Shown: positions 17,670 to 32,632, numbered from the stretch's first letter. The stretch: 64,000 bases of DNA from Eledone cirrhosa (GCA_964016885.1 OZ024740.1:329282001-329346000); one strand, 5' to 3'. The notes: a model not told the origin generated them from the sequence alone. Program-made: numbers and translations.

Positions 17670-18125
17670 TTAAAATGATTGGAATTGTACCTTGCCTTCA
17701 GATATTCATTTTGATAGATAGATAGATAGGTAGATAGATAGATAGATAGATATATACATATTGTGTATGTATGTATATGTATATATATATGTATATATAT
17801 ATATATATATATACACATTGTGTAGAATGACTGTTGAGTCATTGACTGTTCATAAGTTTGAGCATTCATTTAATCGGTCTCCTATGCTACGAGCTTTCTT
17901 ACCTATGTACATTATATTCTTATTTTTACACTGTCCGTCAATACATCTTATGCTATATACGATGTTTCTAGTTTTACAGTTAATATGGGGGCTTAGCTTA
18001 CAGATTATGCATTTCCTATCTATACAGAGGTGTCTTTGAAAGGGTATATATTACTATCATACCATGAGTTTATTTTATTAACATTATTCAGATAAGGAAT
18101 CTTGCTAAACAAATGCAAAAACGAA

Positions 18126-18158
<33 letters not shown>

Positions 18159-18181
18159 TATAGCTATCTATGAATATATAT

Positions 18182-18251
<70 letters not shown>

Positions 18252-18267
18252 GTATAGCTATTTATGA

Positions 18268-18313
<46 letters not shown>

Positions 18314-18329
18314 ACACATACACACACAT

Positions 18330-18363
<34 letters not shown>

Positions 18364-18454
18364 TAAAGAGTTAAACAATATTCAATAAGTATATGAAAGA
18401 ATGGGTTTTACAGTAGATTGGAAGCACTCTATGAGTAATAATTTTCCAGAGTTA

Positions 18455-19380
18455 TTAATATTAAAGCCAGAAGAACTATTATTAACTTCAACAACGAATA
18501 TTGGACCCGCTCAGATATGGATAGAAACTTTGATATCACTATGAGGGCTTCCGATTCCGCGCAAATCACAGATCTTCTGGGAATTTTCATATTAAATATG
18601 ATAAATAGAAAACTGCCGGAGATTACCGGTGGTTTATATAGGACGACATTTTATTTACCGTGGCCAAACACAACAATATAGAACTAAATAGAGTAAAGAA
18701 AAGTATAATAGAATTCTTTAAAAAGTACGACCTTAAGCTAGAAGTAGAAAATGGTACCAAAATAGTTAATTTCCTAGACGTTACCTTTATCTTAAACACT
18801 GGCTTCTATTACCCTTTTCATAAGCCCAATGAAAACTTAAACTATGTTAGTAACCATTCCAATCACCCTAGATCTGTAAAAAAAGCTATAGTAAATAGTT
18901 TGCAAAACGAATTAATAAAATATCAGCCAATAAAGCTATATTCGATGAAAACGCTGAATGCTACAACAACGCGTTAAAAAGGGCAGGATATATGATTAAT
19001 ATAGAATATGTGGATAATAATAATCCAAGTATTAATCTTAATAAAAATAATAACATATATAAGAAAAACTCTAATAATTATAATTCAAACACCCATACGC
19101 CAAATAAATCTAGGATGAGAACTAGAACTAAATCAGTCATTTCGTTCGCCCCCCCCCCCCCCCATCATCCACGTCTTTATCACAGCTCATATGGTGATTA
19201 AAAGAGAGGAATTTAAAATACTCCATTCTTTGGACGAAACTTCGGAACTGTGGAGTTTACCGCAACTCCAGTATATCAAATAACTGCGCACTCTGTACAA
19301 TGGAGACCCTGTTGATTATTAATAACTATGAGACCCTAATTAACAAAAAAGTGAATTATTCTCTAGTTGACTCCACAAAG
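18455..19380 (+). pseudogene. PLE reverse transcriptase / GIY-YIG endonuclease ORF relic
   Basis: Motifs as above, with frameshifts and stops; ORF 18660-18977 covers the RT thumb region. Confidence 0.88.
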
Positions 19381-20333
19381 CTACGTCCACATTCTTAGCC
19401 TCCCACAAAACGAGAAAAAAAGAGAGAGAAACACTTAACCATTAAAAACTTGGTTGTCAGACGTGTATAATCAACAGGAAAAAACATTAATGGCCTTTAA
19501 TATTGCATTAACTTATAATCTATCTATAGAAGAAATAACGCTTGAATGAAAACCACTTGTTCAATAACATGCAGGAACATTGATATAAATAACATAATAT
19601 TATAATTATTAATTTTGATCCCTACCATAATTTCTTTATTTCTCTATCTTTATCTTCCTATCTAAGGTTTAAATTTTAGTTTAATATCCAACCCATACAT
19701 TTTTATGGAACTTATTTCTAGCTGTGAATTGTTTATGTGTTTTTGATTATTATTTATTTCGAACTATGAATAATTAATGTTATATTGGTATATATTTAAC
19801 TTTGCATGCCTCAATCTATTATATTTTTTTCGTTATCATTTACCTAAAATATACTGGCTCATTAATAAATATCTATATACATAATCGTTAATTAAATATT
19901 TCTAACAATAAGTACTTCATAAGATTTACATACCATAAGTTGACAATTGATTATCTTCGGTAAAGTTTATATTTAGGAAAATATTCAACAGTGTAAACTT
20001 TCCTTGCTTTTCTTATATATAAATATATATTTAACTATTACACGTTTCGAACCTTATTATATAAAGTTATAACCGTTATCATTTACCTACAGTATACTGT
20101 ATCAATAATACGAAATTTATATCAATAATACCTAATTTATATCCATATAAACCTACATATATCATTCTATACATAACTTTTAGTTAAATTTCTTGATTAT
20201 CATTTATTTTGAACTATGAATAATCAATGCATTTACACCTTTTTATATATACGTATATATTTAACTTTAGCATGCCTAAATCTATTATCTTATTTTTATT
20301 TTCGTTATCATTTACCTAAAATATACAGGGTCA

Positions 20334-20381
<48 letters not shown>

Positions 20382-20900
20382 AACATGATAGTTATTTAAA
20401 TATTTCTAACAATAAATACTTCATAAGATTTACATACTATATATGTTGACAGTTATCCTCATAAAATTCCGAAGTTTGGAAATGTTAAAACACTTATTGA
20501 ATTTACAAAACTAATAAATAACCTGAAATTTTTTTTTTTTTTTTCTTAAATCTAAAATCTTGATTCGTCACCCTAAAATACCATAAATTAAATATTTTTA
20601 AACTTAACCGTTTAACTTTCGGAAAATCTCCTTCTACATATATTCCCTCTCTCTATATATATTATCTCAGCGGCTCTCGTTGACCGCTTTCCCTGATAAA
20701 TTGTAGTATCATACATTTAAAATCTCTGTAACTATTACATTAAGCAACGGTTTTCTTACTCACACATTCTCTATTGAATTTATTACGTTTTCGCATTTTC
20801 TCATTATTAGGGTATAAATGTTAAACTTTCTCTTATGTTAATCACTACCTTGATTACATTTTAACCATTTAACATCTCAGGGTATGTCATGTATCATTAT

Positions 20901-20953
20901 ATTTTGTCTGATGAGGACGTAGTGTTGTACATCCGAAATATGTATAATAAAAT
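20901..20953 (+). ncRNA. minimal type I hammerhead ribozyme
   Basis: ATTTTGT-CTGATGA-GGACGTA..TACATCC-GAAA-TATGTA-TA-ATAAAAT, about 45 nt before the terminal (TA)n. Confidence 0.8.
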
Positions 20954-20993
20954 GTAATTGATAAATAGAACATCTATTTTATTAATATTTGTA

Positions 20994-21041
<48 letters not shown>

Positions 21042-21903
21042 AATATTATATGTATATATATATATGTATATATATATATTTATATATATATATTATATGT
21101 ATATATATATATATATAAGTATATATATATATATAAGTATAGTTTCATCCTAGCACAAACCCGGAATCATCGGGTTTGATAAAAAAAAAGACACACACAA
21201 ATATAAGATAAAAAATTTGTCACCATAACATTAGGAGGATACATAATATGGGAGGTTAGATATGTGAAAGCATCAACATTTCTACAAAAAATTATATAAG
21301 GCAACTGAGGCGGTAAAAAAATATGAAAAATAGGAGCAGGTAAATGTAAAAAAAAAAAAGGAATTTTTAAAACATGCTCTTACAGATAAATTAAATACAG
21401 TTAAAATCTGTCATATATCATCAATAGTGAAGAAAGTTAATAAGAGTAAAGCATTTATTTCAAATATAAATTTTAAGCATATATTTAAAAAAAGACATAT
21501 TTAAAACATATATATTTTAAGAAGGTTAGATGTACGTGTAGCATAGCCAGCTATTAAAGACAAGTGCAAGACTATACGTTCGATTCCATAATTCAGTTAT
21601 AATACCCATATTTTCTACAAAATGTCCAAAGGAGGTAATGTAGTGTGGAGTAAATAAATACAAAAATCAAGCATTCAAAATAAAGCAAATCTAATATAAA
21701 TGAAAGTATTATCAGTGAGGCACTCAAGACACATCACCCAAAGCACTACATAGTTCAATAGAGGAGGCAAAGTCACACAGCAACAACAGTTCGAATTATC
21801 CAACTAAGCATGGAATCTAACAATTAATCGGCCTTATGCTAGGATGAAACGATCGTCAGTGATTAAATGTTTGAAAGATTAAAAACTCTTTGATTGCGAT
21901 TTA

Positions 21904-21981
<78 letters not shown>

Positions 21982-21985
<4 letters not shown>

Positions 21986-22048
21986 CGGTTATTTTTCATT
22001 TTGTAAAAAAAAAACTTACTTTCTAATATAAATATATATAATGAATAA

Positions 22049-22092
<44 letters not shown>

Positions 22093-22158
22093 GTATTCAT
22101 TATATATATTTATATTAGAAAGTGAGAATTTTTTTACAAAATGAAAAATAACCGAGGT
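21982..22158. repeat. tail-to-tail inverted repeat around a central (TA)n
   Basis: ACCTCGGTTATTTTTCATTTTGTAAAA... mirrored by ...TTTTACAAAATGAAAAATAACCGAGGT. Confidence 0.85.
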
Positions 22159-22805
22159 GTCCTACACGAGTGATAGTATAAAGAAAAAAGATGAAATCGA
22201 AAATGCAACTGGAGTCTTATTTAAAAAAAATATATCTATATTTCTTTAGAAATAAGAATCCAGTTGCATTTTCGGTTTCATGTTTTATATATATATTGGT
22301 AAACGGAAAAGAAAATGCTGACAAATTGTTCACTGTGAAAAATAGTGTAATTAGGAATAAGTGAAAATAAGTAATAGTATTGGTTAGTATTCAGTTTTGG
22401 TTTTAAGTTTTACTGGTTGCGCATTTCTAATGCTTTTCAAAAATTATTTTGAGATAGAGCGCCCGTGATGTTTGCTCTAATCTGATTAGTTTTGGAAATT
22501 CTAGCTGTTTGTATGTGAAAAAAGTGGCTCCAGATGTATTAAAATAAGTTTGACGCCAATTCGTGTTGCAAAAATTCTTGTGGTCAAAACAATTTTGATT
22601 GGTCGGTAGAGGTCATGTGAATGTAAAAATTGATTTTGCGCCAAATGTAGGTTTGTGTCGGGTGATTGAGAAGTCACTGAAAAATAAGTCTTTTAAAACA
22701 AATATGTGAGTGGGTGTGTGTAGTAGTAGTAAAGAGGTTCGTTGTTGTGATAATGGTCAGCAGGGATGTGTGTGCGACCGCAGCCTGTTGACAGTTCAAA
22801 TGCCA

Positions 22806-22862
<57 letters not shown>

Positions 22863-23692
22863 CAGAGTAATTCGTGGTAGAGGGATGGTCAGTAGGAATG
22901 TGTCTGTAAGTGTGTGAGGGGATATTTTAAAATTGTTAAAAGATATTTTTCACCTCTTGTCTTATACGGAGAAGTGTGTGTGTGTATATGTCTCTTTGTA
23001 TGTTAATGTACGCGTGTGTATGTGTGTGTGTATATATGTGTGTGTGTGAATGTGTGTGTGTGTGTGTGTGGGTGGACCAGTATTTTTGTGATACTGGTAA
23101 AATGGTGTACATTATTCGATATTTTCAGTAAAAACGATTCACTCAATAGAACATCAAAAACCTTAATAATAAAAGGTGTGAAATGATATATAGTATTGGC
23201 ATAATACCAAGGTGTGTGTGAGTGTCCAGATTGTACGTACTGCAAGGGGAATCCATTAGGCCTTGCCGTATTGGAATACTTGTGTACAAATATGTATGTG
23301 CCCATCAGTGTGCAATGCATGTTTGCGTTTATGTATGTGTGTGTGTCGGCACGTTTATATCTATAGACATCAAAATATATGCAAATTTCTGTATATTTGT
23401 GTTGCACCATAGAACATGTGTGTTTACGTATGTCATAGTGTTTATATGTGGATAAAGATGTATGCTGATGTAGGTATGTATGTTGACGTGTGTATGTTGT
23501 GGGTTCGTCTTAAGGAGAAGTGTTCAGACGGGGTCCGTATTTGTTAATAATGTAAGATTCCTTGCTGATGCGCTGGGTGTGGGTGGCATTATCCTTAAAT
23601 TTGTAGAGGGGAAAGATTCTGAAGTTGGGATGATTTTGGGCGGCACAGGTATCAATGTGTTCACTCAGTGCTATTTTCCTGTATTCCCGTAT

Positions 23693-23695
<3 letters not shown>
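22086..23695 (-). mobile_element. PLE-type 3' UTR/pLTR (family also at 26017-26335 and 38135-38580)
   Basis: High similarity among the three loci; variant hammerhead TTGAAAA-GCAT/ATGC-GCAA-CC(A/G)G-TA. A nested hairpin lies at 22191-22281. Confidence 0.7.
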
Positions 23696-23762
<67 letters not shown>

Positions 23763-23770
<8 letters not shown>

Positions 23771-25971
23771 TGACAGATTAAAGTTTAAGCAAAGAATCGC
23801 TGCTTTCACCCTTAACGGGATTTTCTGAAACTAACAAAGTCAATCTGTAAACGCAGAACTGGATATTTCAAAGAACGTTGCAATCGGAGGAAGACAGGAA
23901 GACGATACTTTAGTTCGTGGTAACGTTTGCTGGCAAAGAACGGGAAAAAACGTATAATACGCCATTAATAGGAGCAGTGAAAAACAATTACGCGCAAAGA
24001 CAGAACCACGTTTATGGTATAAAAGAGGTCGTAGACTAATGTTCTCTTAGGTGGTGCATAGAGACGTTCTCTGGCAATGAACGAAAAAACGAAGATAATA
24101 AGACATATGTGGAGCGTGGAGAACAATAGCACGCAAAGACAAAACCACGTAAATGGTATAGCAGAAGTCGTAGACTCAAATTCTAACTAGGAGACCAAAT
24201 GAGTCTCCGCTACAGAGTTTAGAACAAAGTAAATAAATACAATTCAGAAGTAATAGAAACAAATAAATACATACACGCAAACAGATACGTACATACACAA
24301 GCATACGCAAAATCTTACCATAGGTATACAAAACCACGCACATATAAATATGTGTGTGTTTATTCTTGTGTACAAATAAATAAATAATTATATAAACGTA
24401 TATAAGTAAATAAATACGTATATAACAAGCGCACACGCATACCTACATATAAATACACGAATGTTCGGAGACGTAAGTCAACTAAAACAAGAAGTACACA
24501 TATACACACACCCACCATACGTACGAACCTGCATACTCACGCAGACGCAAAACTCCCGTATACACATAGCCAAACCCTAAATACCAGAATATGTAAAAAA
24601 TTATACGCCATAACAGTCAAATATATGTACGAGAAGGTATACATACCTTCACAAAACATACGGGTTATATATACTTACCTATGCAAATAAGTAAAGGAAT
24701 AAACAAAACATATACTTAGCTCCCACATCAAGACGTAAAATATCCACGTATAGATCGTGCTATCCGTTAGGGTATAACGTGGGGCTGTAATACAGGAAAG
24801 TTTTGTGCAATTTATGTTTACAAGCCGAAATTGCCTCAGATTTTTTGTTTAAGATGTGGTCTTTGGCGTAGAGTATTTCCAGGGCCTCAGCGGCGCAGAG
24901 GTCACATGGTCTTTATTTCCGTTATATGATCTAGCCCTAGCTAGGATCTCCCAGTGTAACTTATATTGAGTGTGGTTGTCTTTTAGACTCCAGATATAAG
25001 CTGAAAGTGACGTCATATTCCTTCTTAGAGGGTAACGAAAAGAATAGGTATGCATGTAAAGACGCTGCTTGAAACTATTGGCGGTTAACCCTATGTAGGC
25101 CCTACGGGACGTGGGTGTTACAACCTTACATTTGTAGACAATGTTACTAGAGAGGCATTTTCCGGATAGGGGGCAATCAGCCCGATTCCTACAATTACAG
25201 TTAGTACTAACTACAGAGTTGCACGTGTTCCTACGCCTAGGTAGTTTAGTTAAATTTGAAGTTGTGATGTTATGTGCAAGGTTAGGAGTCGTAGAGTAAG
25301 ACATTTTAATAGTATTTCTATTAAAAATTTTACTATATTTATGTGCAGGCGGAATGTACATATCTGTTTGCGTGTATGTATTTATTTGTTTCTATTACTT
25401 CTGTATTGTATTTATTTACTTTGTTCTAAACTCTGTAGCGGAGACTGATTTGGTCTCCTAGTTAGAATTTTAGTCTACGACTTCTGCTATACCATTTACG
25501 TGGTTTTGTCTTTGCGTGCTATTGTTCTCCACGGTCCACATATGACTTATTATCTTCGTTTTTTCGTTCATTGCCAGAGATCGTCTCTATGCACCACCTA
25601 AGAGAACATTAGTCTACGACCTCTTTTATACCATAAACGTGGTTCTGTCTTTGCGCGTAATTGTTTTTCACCGCTCCTATTAATGACGTATTATTCGTTT
25701 TTTCCCGTCTTTGCCAGCGTACGTTACCACGAACCAAAGTATCGTCTTCCTGTCTTCCTCCGGTTGCAACGTTTTTTGAAATATCCAGTTCTGCGTTTAC
25801 AGATTGACTTTGTTAGTTTCAGAAGATCCTGTTAAGGGTGAAAGCAGCGATTCTTTGCTTAAACTTTAATCTGTTATTTTAATAAATATTTGCTCTACGG
25901 TTCCTATATATTTGATATATATTTTCCTTATCGATCCCTCTTTGGATTTTAGTCTTCAATTTTATTATTAT

Positions 25972-25975
<4 letters not shown>
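23763..25975 (-). mobile_element. 5'-truncated PLE with inverted pseudo-LTRs (23763-~24290 / ~25355-25883) inserted in (TA)n
   Basis: ~520-bp arms are near-identical reverse complements flanking a GIY-YIG ORF; the right arm has ~90 extra nt. Hammerhead-like fold at 25815-25865. Confidence 0.9.
24760..25355 (-). pseudogene. PLE GIY-YIG endonuclease domain (5'-truncated, one frameshift)
   Basis: KIFNRNTIKMSYSTTPNL..CNCRNRADCPLSGKCL..IVYKC..AYIGLTANSFKQR..H..SF..TSLSAYIWSLK..WEIL..ARSY; continues in another frame as LNKKSE..CKH. Confidence 0.92.
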
Positions 25976-26016
<41 letters not shown>

Positions 26017-26022
<6 letters not shown>

Positions 26023-26335
26023 TAAAAGGAAAAAAAATGGTGAAAAATACTTTAATTAGGAATAAGTATAAATTAGTAATAAGTATTGGTTAGTATTCAG
26101 GTTTAGTTTTAATTTCTAACATCACGTGCGCTCTATCTCAAAATTATTTTTGAAAAGCATTAGAAATGCGCAACCGGTAAGAACTTAAAACTAAAACTGA
26201 ATACTAACCAATACTTATTACTAATTTATACTTATTTCTAATTAAACTATTTTTCAGTGGGAAAAAATTGTCAGCATTTTATTTTCCTTTTACTAATATA
26301 TCACAACTCGTGTGTTACACCCCTATTTTTTTAAA
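26017..26335. mobile_element. short asymmetric inverted pLTR element with variant hammerhead (~26147-26183)
   Basis: 26017-26112 mirrors 26185-26300; the right arm has an extra tail; TA on both sides. Confidence 0.8.
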
Positions 26336-26799
26336 TATATATATATATATATATATATATAAGTATATGCTATAGTATTTAGAAGCAATATATGTCAAGA
26401 AGTATTGCACACAATGAACCTAACAAGAATTATGAACCGCAGATATGGAATTAAATAAGAATATAAGAATATATTTCACATCTTGCTATAATATATATTA
26501 TGATGACGCAACTAAAAGCTATACAGATGGATACTCCTTTCGTTTTCGATATATTTACCGACACACACCGACGCAGATGCACCAGGCACATACAAGCTCA
26601 AACACACACTGATGCATAGACAGACATGCACACAAAAACGCATGTAAATTACATCTACTATACTGAGTAGTCTTGAATAATATCAGACACTAATCAGCTT
26701 TTTAAAATATATTTCGTATCATAAATTTGTCGTTACATAATTAACATCGCTCTACTTTACATTAGGTTTAATTAAAACTTCTTGTATTTCTAAATAATT

Positions 26800-28800
26800 C
26801 CTTAGGTTATTCATACTAATTAATTTTGCAATATCATCAGACAAGTATGCATAATAGATTTATAGCGTATATTCTGTCGGAATATTCATGTTTGTACTTT
26901 TATAGAGATTGAATCAAAATGTTCATATTTGGATAGCTGCCCTGCAGTACCTTGAATGCAATATCACATATTTGAATAGTTAAAATACCATTCATTGACT
27001 TGGTTTTACCTCGCTCTGTCTCTGACCACATTTTAACATCGTTTTACTTAGGTGCTGAAATTGTTCCCCTTTAACAAGTTTTGTAGTTGTTGCATAGTCA
27101 CCAAATTCTTCCGGAATACAAATTCATGCTTATAACCTGATGAAATTATATAACTAGACAGTTATCACAACAAAAATGTCCTAGACAGTTGTATAAAATA
27201 GAATTTGTAAGCTGTTACACTCTACAACATATCAACATCCTTAATATACTTCTTTTCTACGCTTAATTAAATATTAAATTATCTAAGCTATCTGATAAAT
27301 TTGACTATTCAAACTTCAAAGTAAGAGAAATTACACATGATTCAATTGCAAGTAACCTTTCAAATGATCTATAAACAACTACAACTGATCTCCAATAGAT
27401 TAAAAACTTCTGGTGAAATGATATTGAAATCTAATTTTCATCTTGCAGTCTTACCATGTGCATACGTTCTCTTCCTAAGATATATTTTATTTCTTTGTGG
27501 CACATATAGAAATGTGAAGATAATCTATTTTCGAAGATGTTATTTAAACATAATTATTTCAAATATTCCTTTAAATATCTTTGAAATTTCAACGATATCA
27601 AGATAAGTAATGTTTTGTCATTATATTTGAAATTATGGTTGTTTTATGAATCCATTATTCGAGTTAGAAAGTTACAGCACTTTTATAGAAACAAAAGAAT
27701 CATTTCTGTTTTATACATGATGATTTCAAGGTATTGTAAAATATCATAAACGTCATAGTACATTCCAAATCTAGTGTCATTGTTTTCTATCCCTCATATT
27801 TTAAAGAACCTTCTTCAACTACAAATCTGAAATCTTTATCTAAGTGAGTCGCAAAATAGATCAAATTTTCTAGCGCCAAACTTTGAAAATCTTAGTACAA
27901 ATTTGTATACGTGATACAGACGTCTTTTGCATAGATATATTTACTAATATCAGAAATAAATAGAAAGTTTCACAGCCGTTCTTTGTTGATTTTTATCAGA
28001 ATAATTTCAAGACATAACTATAATCAAATATCATGGCAATAGAAATAAAATTAGTACCAAGCACGTGTTATTCTAAGACACTAATGAGATGAAGCGTTGT
28101 ATTCTGGTAAATATCAAAATATTTAAAAAACCTTTGATACATTCATTTTAATCTGGTGATTTAATATTATCATAATCCACTAAATATGACTACAACATAT
28201 ATAATGTGTGTTCTGTTTTGGAGAATGTATATTATTATATATTTATTGTTACTTTTAATGTAGGATATAAGTTAAGAAAGTAATACTTCTACTAAAATCT
28301 CTAGTCAGACCTGATTTAAAAGATGAGTAACTACTCATTTTCGTTAGAGAGGAATCATCACTATAATGTAAGCAGCTTTCAGTAGTTTAACGGAAATGTA
28401 TTTAGTATAAGTATTATATATTAATCATAGCATTGTCATATAAATACACGTTGTTTTAACATTCTTTCCTGTTCATATGAGTTCGTCTAAATTTACCTTA
28501 TAATGAAAATTGTATAGTTAGGTAAAACAATTCCAGATATAGGGTGTTAATAGCTGAATGTGTAGTAAGAACATTATTCAATATAGTAATCGGTACATCA
28601 ACTATAGGATTTCATAGTCTATCGTACGATCCAGCAAAACTTACCGCGAAAGGAGAGAATGGATTCTCTGGTCAGGTGAAATATTGGAAATGATAACCCG
28701 TAATTCCATGAATGTATTTTAAACCCGTAAATACATGAAGGCATTTTTAATTGCGCACACAGAACAATGAAACATTCTATAGGTTCATGGATTCTATAGC
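26800..28800 (-). pseudogene. decayed protocadherin-like ectodomain relic
   Basis: In order: RTIDYEIL, YKVNLDELI*TG, IIVMIPL*R, LKVTINI..TFSKTE, SVEK..L*SVTA, RGKTKSMNGILTIQICD. These are cadherin-repeat-like motifs with many stops. Confidence 0.42.
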
Positions 28801-30068
28801 ATAAAGAACTATATTGTATGAACCCTAATTAATTACACCTCTGAACCCTAGTTATATATCGCTCTAATTCACCAAAATCGATCTCGAAATTTCAAATAAG
28901 GAACGCAACCAATCCACGTTCATAATGTTACAAATAACCATAGATAGCCACTTTAAAATACAAAATAAATCACAACACTGATGTAGAAAAGTAGAATTGC
29001 TGTTCTTAAATGGAACCGGCGCATGAATTTACACAATTCGAACAAACTAATTCCTATTGTAATAGAACACCCTATAAATCCGCAACAAAATATTATACGA
29101 AGTCACCCATATATCTTGACATGTTGTACTAATATAAAAGGTTATCAAAATAACCTCCCACTCCTGTCTGTAACACAATATATTATTTAAAAATAAAATA
29201 CACCCTCCTATCCATAATTCTAGGTATGCTAAATCTCCTGGCACACAATAGCCCACACACACAACACCATGATAAGTAATATGATAAGTTGAAGACAATG
29301 TTACAAATATATAACATCCGAAAGATATGTCGTCTACATTACCATATAACTAGGATCGTATAGATGGATATTCGAAGTTAGGCCTTTATTTTGACACATT
29401 AATAAGTTATTTGTGAGGGATTTGGCTGCTATTTCTTATAACATGTAACTACAGTGACCGTGGCTTATTGGTCTTATTGTTATTGTAATTTTAATTCAGG
29501 CAGTACTAAAATATGACCAGAAACCCATGTAACATAAATTTCTATTCAGCGAATATGTACTACTCTGTACTACTATAAAAATACAGAATAGTAATGTCAC
29601 ATTATTTTGTAGCGTATAAATGTCGAATGTAATAGTGTTTAGAAGGAGAAAGAAGAGACCAATATTCTAGTGTATTTAAAGTTGTTCCTGTCTTTTTCAA
29701 CTTTGAATAAAAGCTAGTGTACGCCACACAGCTAGGAAATATTACAATGTATATTTTCTCAACATAAATCGTTTAGTTTCTTACTCTCCTGAAAGGTTAA
29801 ACTTCCCGTCTGGCACTGCGTGAAAGTGGGAATAATGCCATATATTTTAGAGTGACCAGAAATATATCATTAACTACGTTAGATAATCATACGTGAGTAG
29901 TGTTGCAGTTCGAGGAGAAATGACATTTGAAATGGGAATTATTCCCTTTTGTGAGCAGGAGATATTTTATGAATTGTTTTATCTGAGAGCAAGTCAGTCG
30001 GAGGCTGCACATCTGTAATTATACTTTTCAGAATAGTGTTGCGTCTATATGAGTCAGAAACACGCAGG

Positions 30069-30179
<111 letters not shown>

Positions 30180-31329
30180 ACCCACCCACATATACACATA
30201 TATACCCCCCCTCCACACACACAGACACACACACGTGCACACACACACACACAAATACAGACACAGACACATACATAAGCACACACACGCACACACCTAC
30301 CTAAATCGCCTCGAAGGAAACATTTTAGTAATGTCACTACATTAACATAGAATTGCTGAATCCTTACTTGAACTTTCTAATATTCTGTTAATGGAATACA
30401 TGCCCATCTTCTCAATCAAGTTTAGTAATATTCTAGATCTCACCGGAAATTAGTCCAAATTAATATTATTTCCTAGAAACATACTATAGCAGAACACATG
30501 GTCTCTCAGTATCCTCAGTTGTGCATCCTTTGTCTAGTTAATTTCATATAGCTCTGTCTCTAGTGATAGAACGTTTTGCATGAAACAAAGTGATTCAAAT
30601 CGTATAAATGAAATAACTTAACGACTTTGGAACTTCTAGGTAAAACGTGCTCTATTATAAATTTGTTGATAAAATCTACCCCTCCTTAGCATTGGATTGG
30701 GCAAACAAACATATCAAGGCTGTAGAAAATATAAAAGGGAGTAATACATCTTCCAATATATAGCAAAACATCATATTCAGAGCAGTACAAGCATATTACT
30801 GATGACAAGGAAAAAGCTCACTAATTGGAGATAATTTTGATATTGAATGAGCAATCACAATTCTTTTAATATGATATAAATGAGTATGCAGCAACGCATG
30901 ATTTAATCGACATATGCTAGGAATATATGATATCTACTACAAATGAAATGAATGAAACCTCAACGTCAGAACCGCAAGGCTGGCTAGTGAATATTTTAAA
31001 ACAACTAAACAGGCTTAATATGTCCTATACATGTAAGTATCTCTTTGTTTTCACGTAAGAGCATTATAATGTAACAAAATATCCGAGCTACACGGATTAG
31101 GCTTTCTGGTGAATAAGACACTAATAGCTTCGATTTTATTCATACTTTTATCCTAGGTTTGAAAATATGTATGCAGACAAACCCTGTTGATGTTTATCAC
31201 AATTTCAGGATCACTTTCGATAAATATGACAAAAAATTACATAGAAAACTAGGGACGTGTAAAAGTTAAACGTGATACCAGTGAACAGAATCTGGAATAC
31301 CTCGTTGATACATACATCTATCATTATAT

Positions 31330-31516
31330 GGCGATGGATTGGCTTTATCGGTAGAGGGTCGGACGCCATGCTTTGACGCATAGAGTTACGGCCCTTGCCA
31401 TTCTGAGTTCAAATCCCGCCGAGGTTAACTTTGCCTTTCATCCTTAGGGGGTCGATAAAATAAAGTACCAGTAATGCACTGGATAATTGCTGGCCTTGTG
31501 CCAAAAAGTAGAAACA
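31330..31516 (+). mobile_element. full-length SINE of the main family with TSD ATTATATGG
   Basis: Family match; ATTATATGG at 31323-31331 and 31517-31525. Confidence 0.9.
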
Positions 31517-31858
31517 ATTATATGGAATAGCTATACCCACAATACGAAGGTTTCATACGCAATTATAAAAGTCATAACTGCGGCAAGAGCTGACAAGCAT
31601 GAATCCCTTCTATACCGGAAAGAAAAACAACACATGAAAAGAGTAATCAGGCCATGCAAGAAGATGATTGATTGAAATTCCAAATCCATCGTCAGTCTCG
31701 GCGCTGAAGATCACAGTTAATATTAATCAGATACTTTAGAAAATGATGAAAACATTGAACGGATAACTGAGCGAATGGTTTCTTATATCATTCAGGAAGA
31801 CAAACAGAGAAGCCGTGTTGTGTCGAAAGGAGCACAATTATTTTGTTGCCGAGGAGTC

Positions 31859-31895
<37 letters not shown>

Positions 31896-31898
<3 letters not shown>

Positions 31899-32560
31899 TA
31901 TATTTTCTTTAGGTCGTTTTGGAAGCCTCAACATTACGGATGGGTAATTCTCCGGGTAACAAGACCCGGTGGTGAAGAGAGAGATGTAAGTGAATGTAGA
32001 ATGAGATGTATAGTGTGTAGAAGAACGTAGGAAAGAGCGTAAAATATAAAAAACAATAACACGAGATAGAGTTGCCTTGGGAAAGATTTAATTGTCCCTA
32101 TATTTCGGATTCACATCCATCAACTGGGGGGTTTTACTGGGGGAGGGGTTTATCTGTCGGAGAGGAGCGATACGTGTCCTCTGCTGTTCGTTGTTTTGAA
32201 TATCTATTGTTTTGAATATCAGATATTCAAAACAACGAACAGCAAAGGACACGTATCGCACCTCTCTGACAGATACCCCCCCCCCGGAAAACCCCCCAGT
32301 TGGTGGATGTGAATCCGAAATATAGGGACAATTAAATCTCTCCCAAGGTAACTCTATCTTGTGTTATTGTTTTTATTTTTGACGCTCTTTCCTACGTTCT
32401 TCTACACACTATACATCTCATTCTACATTCACTTACATCTCTCTCTTCACCACCGGATCTTGTTACCCGGAGAATTACCCATCTGCATTGTTGAGGCTTC
32501 CAAAACGACCAAAAGAAAATATATCTTATTGTTCCACAATACTTCAAGCAAACTTCAATA

Positions 32561-32567
<7 letters not shown>
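31896..32567. mobile_element. asymmetric palindromic element (~315-bp arms, centre 32221) in (TA)n
   Basis: 31896-32220 mirrors 32222-32526; small duplication TTGTTTTGAATATC at the centre; the right arm has 41 extra nt. Confidence 0.85.

Positions 32568-32632
<65 letters not shown>

Larger units (their letters stand above)
18363..20998 (+). mobile_element. 5'-truncated, internally deleted Penelope-like retroelement (RT + GIY-YIG relic + 3' UTR + hammerhead)
   Basis: FDITMRASDSAQITDLLG..GLYR/DD (frameshifted YRDD), VNFLDVT..TG.YYPFHKPN..SNHP, FAPP, then TSLSQLIW*LK..ILW and CALCTME..LINKK. Bounded by (TA)n at both ends. Confidence 0.9.

Noticed and set aside
32285-32335. GGATGTGAATCC-GAAA-TATA hammerhead-like hairpin in the 31.9-kb palindrome
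   Set aside because: No valid core, UH site or stem I could be assigned; left unresolved.
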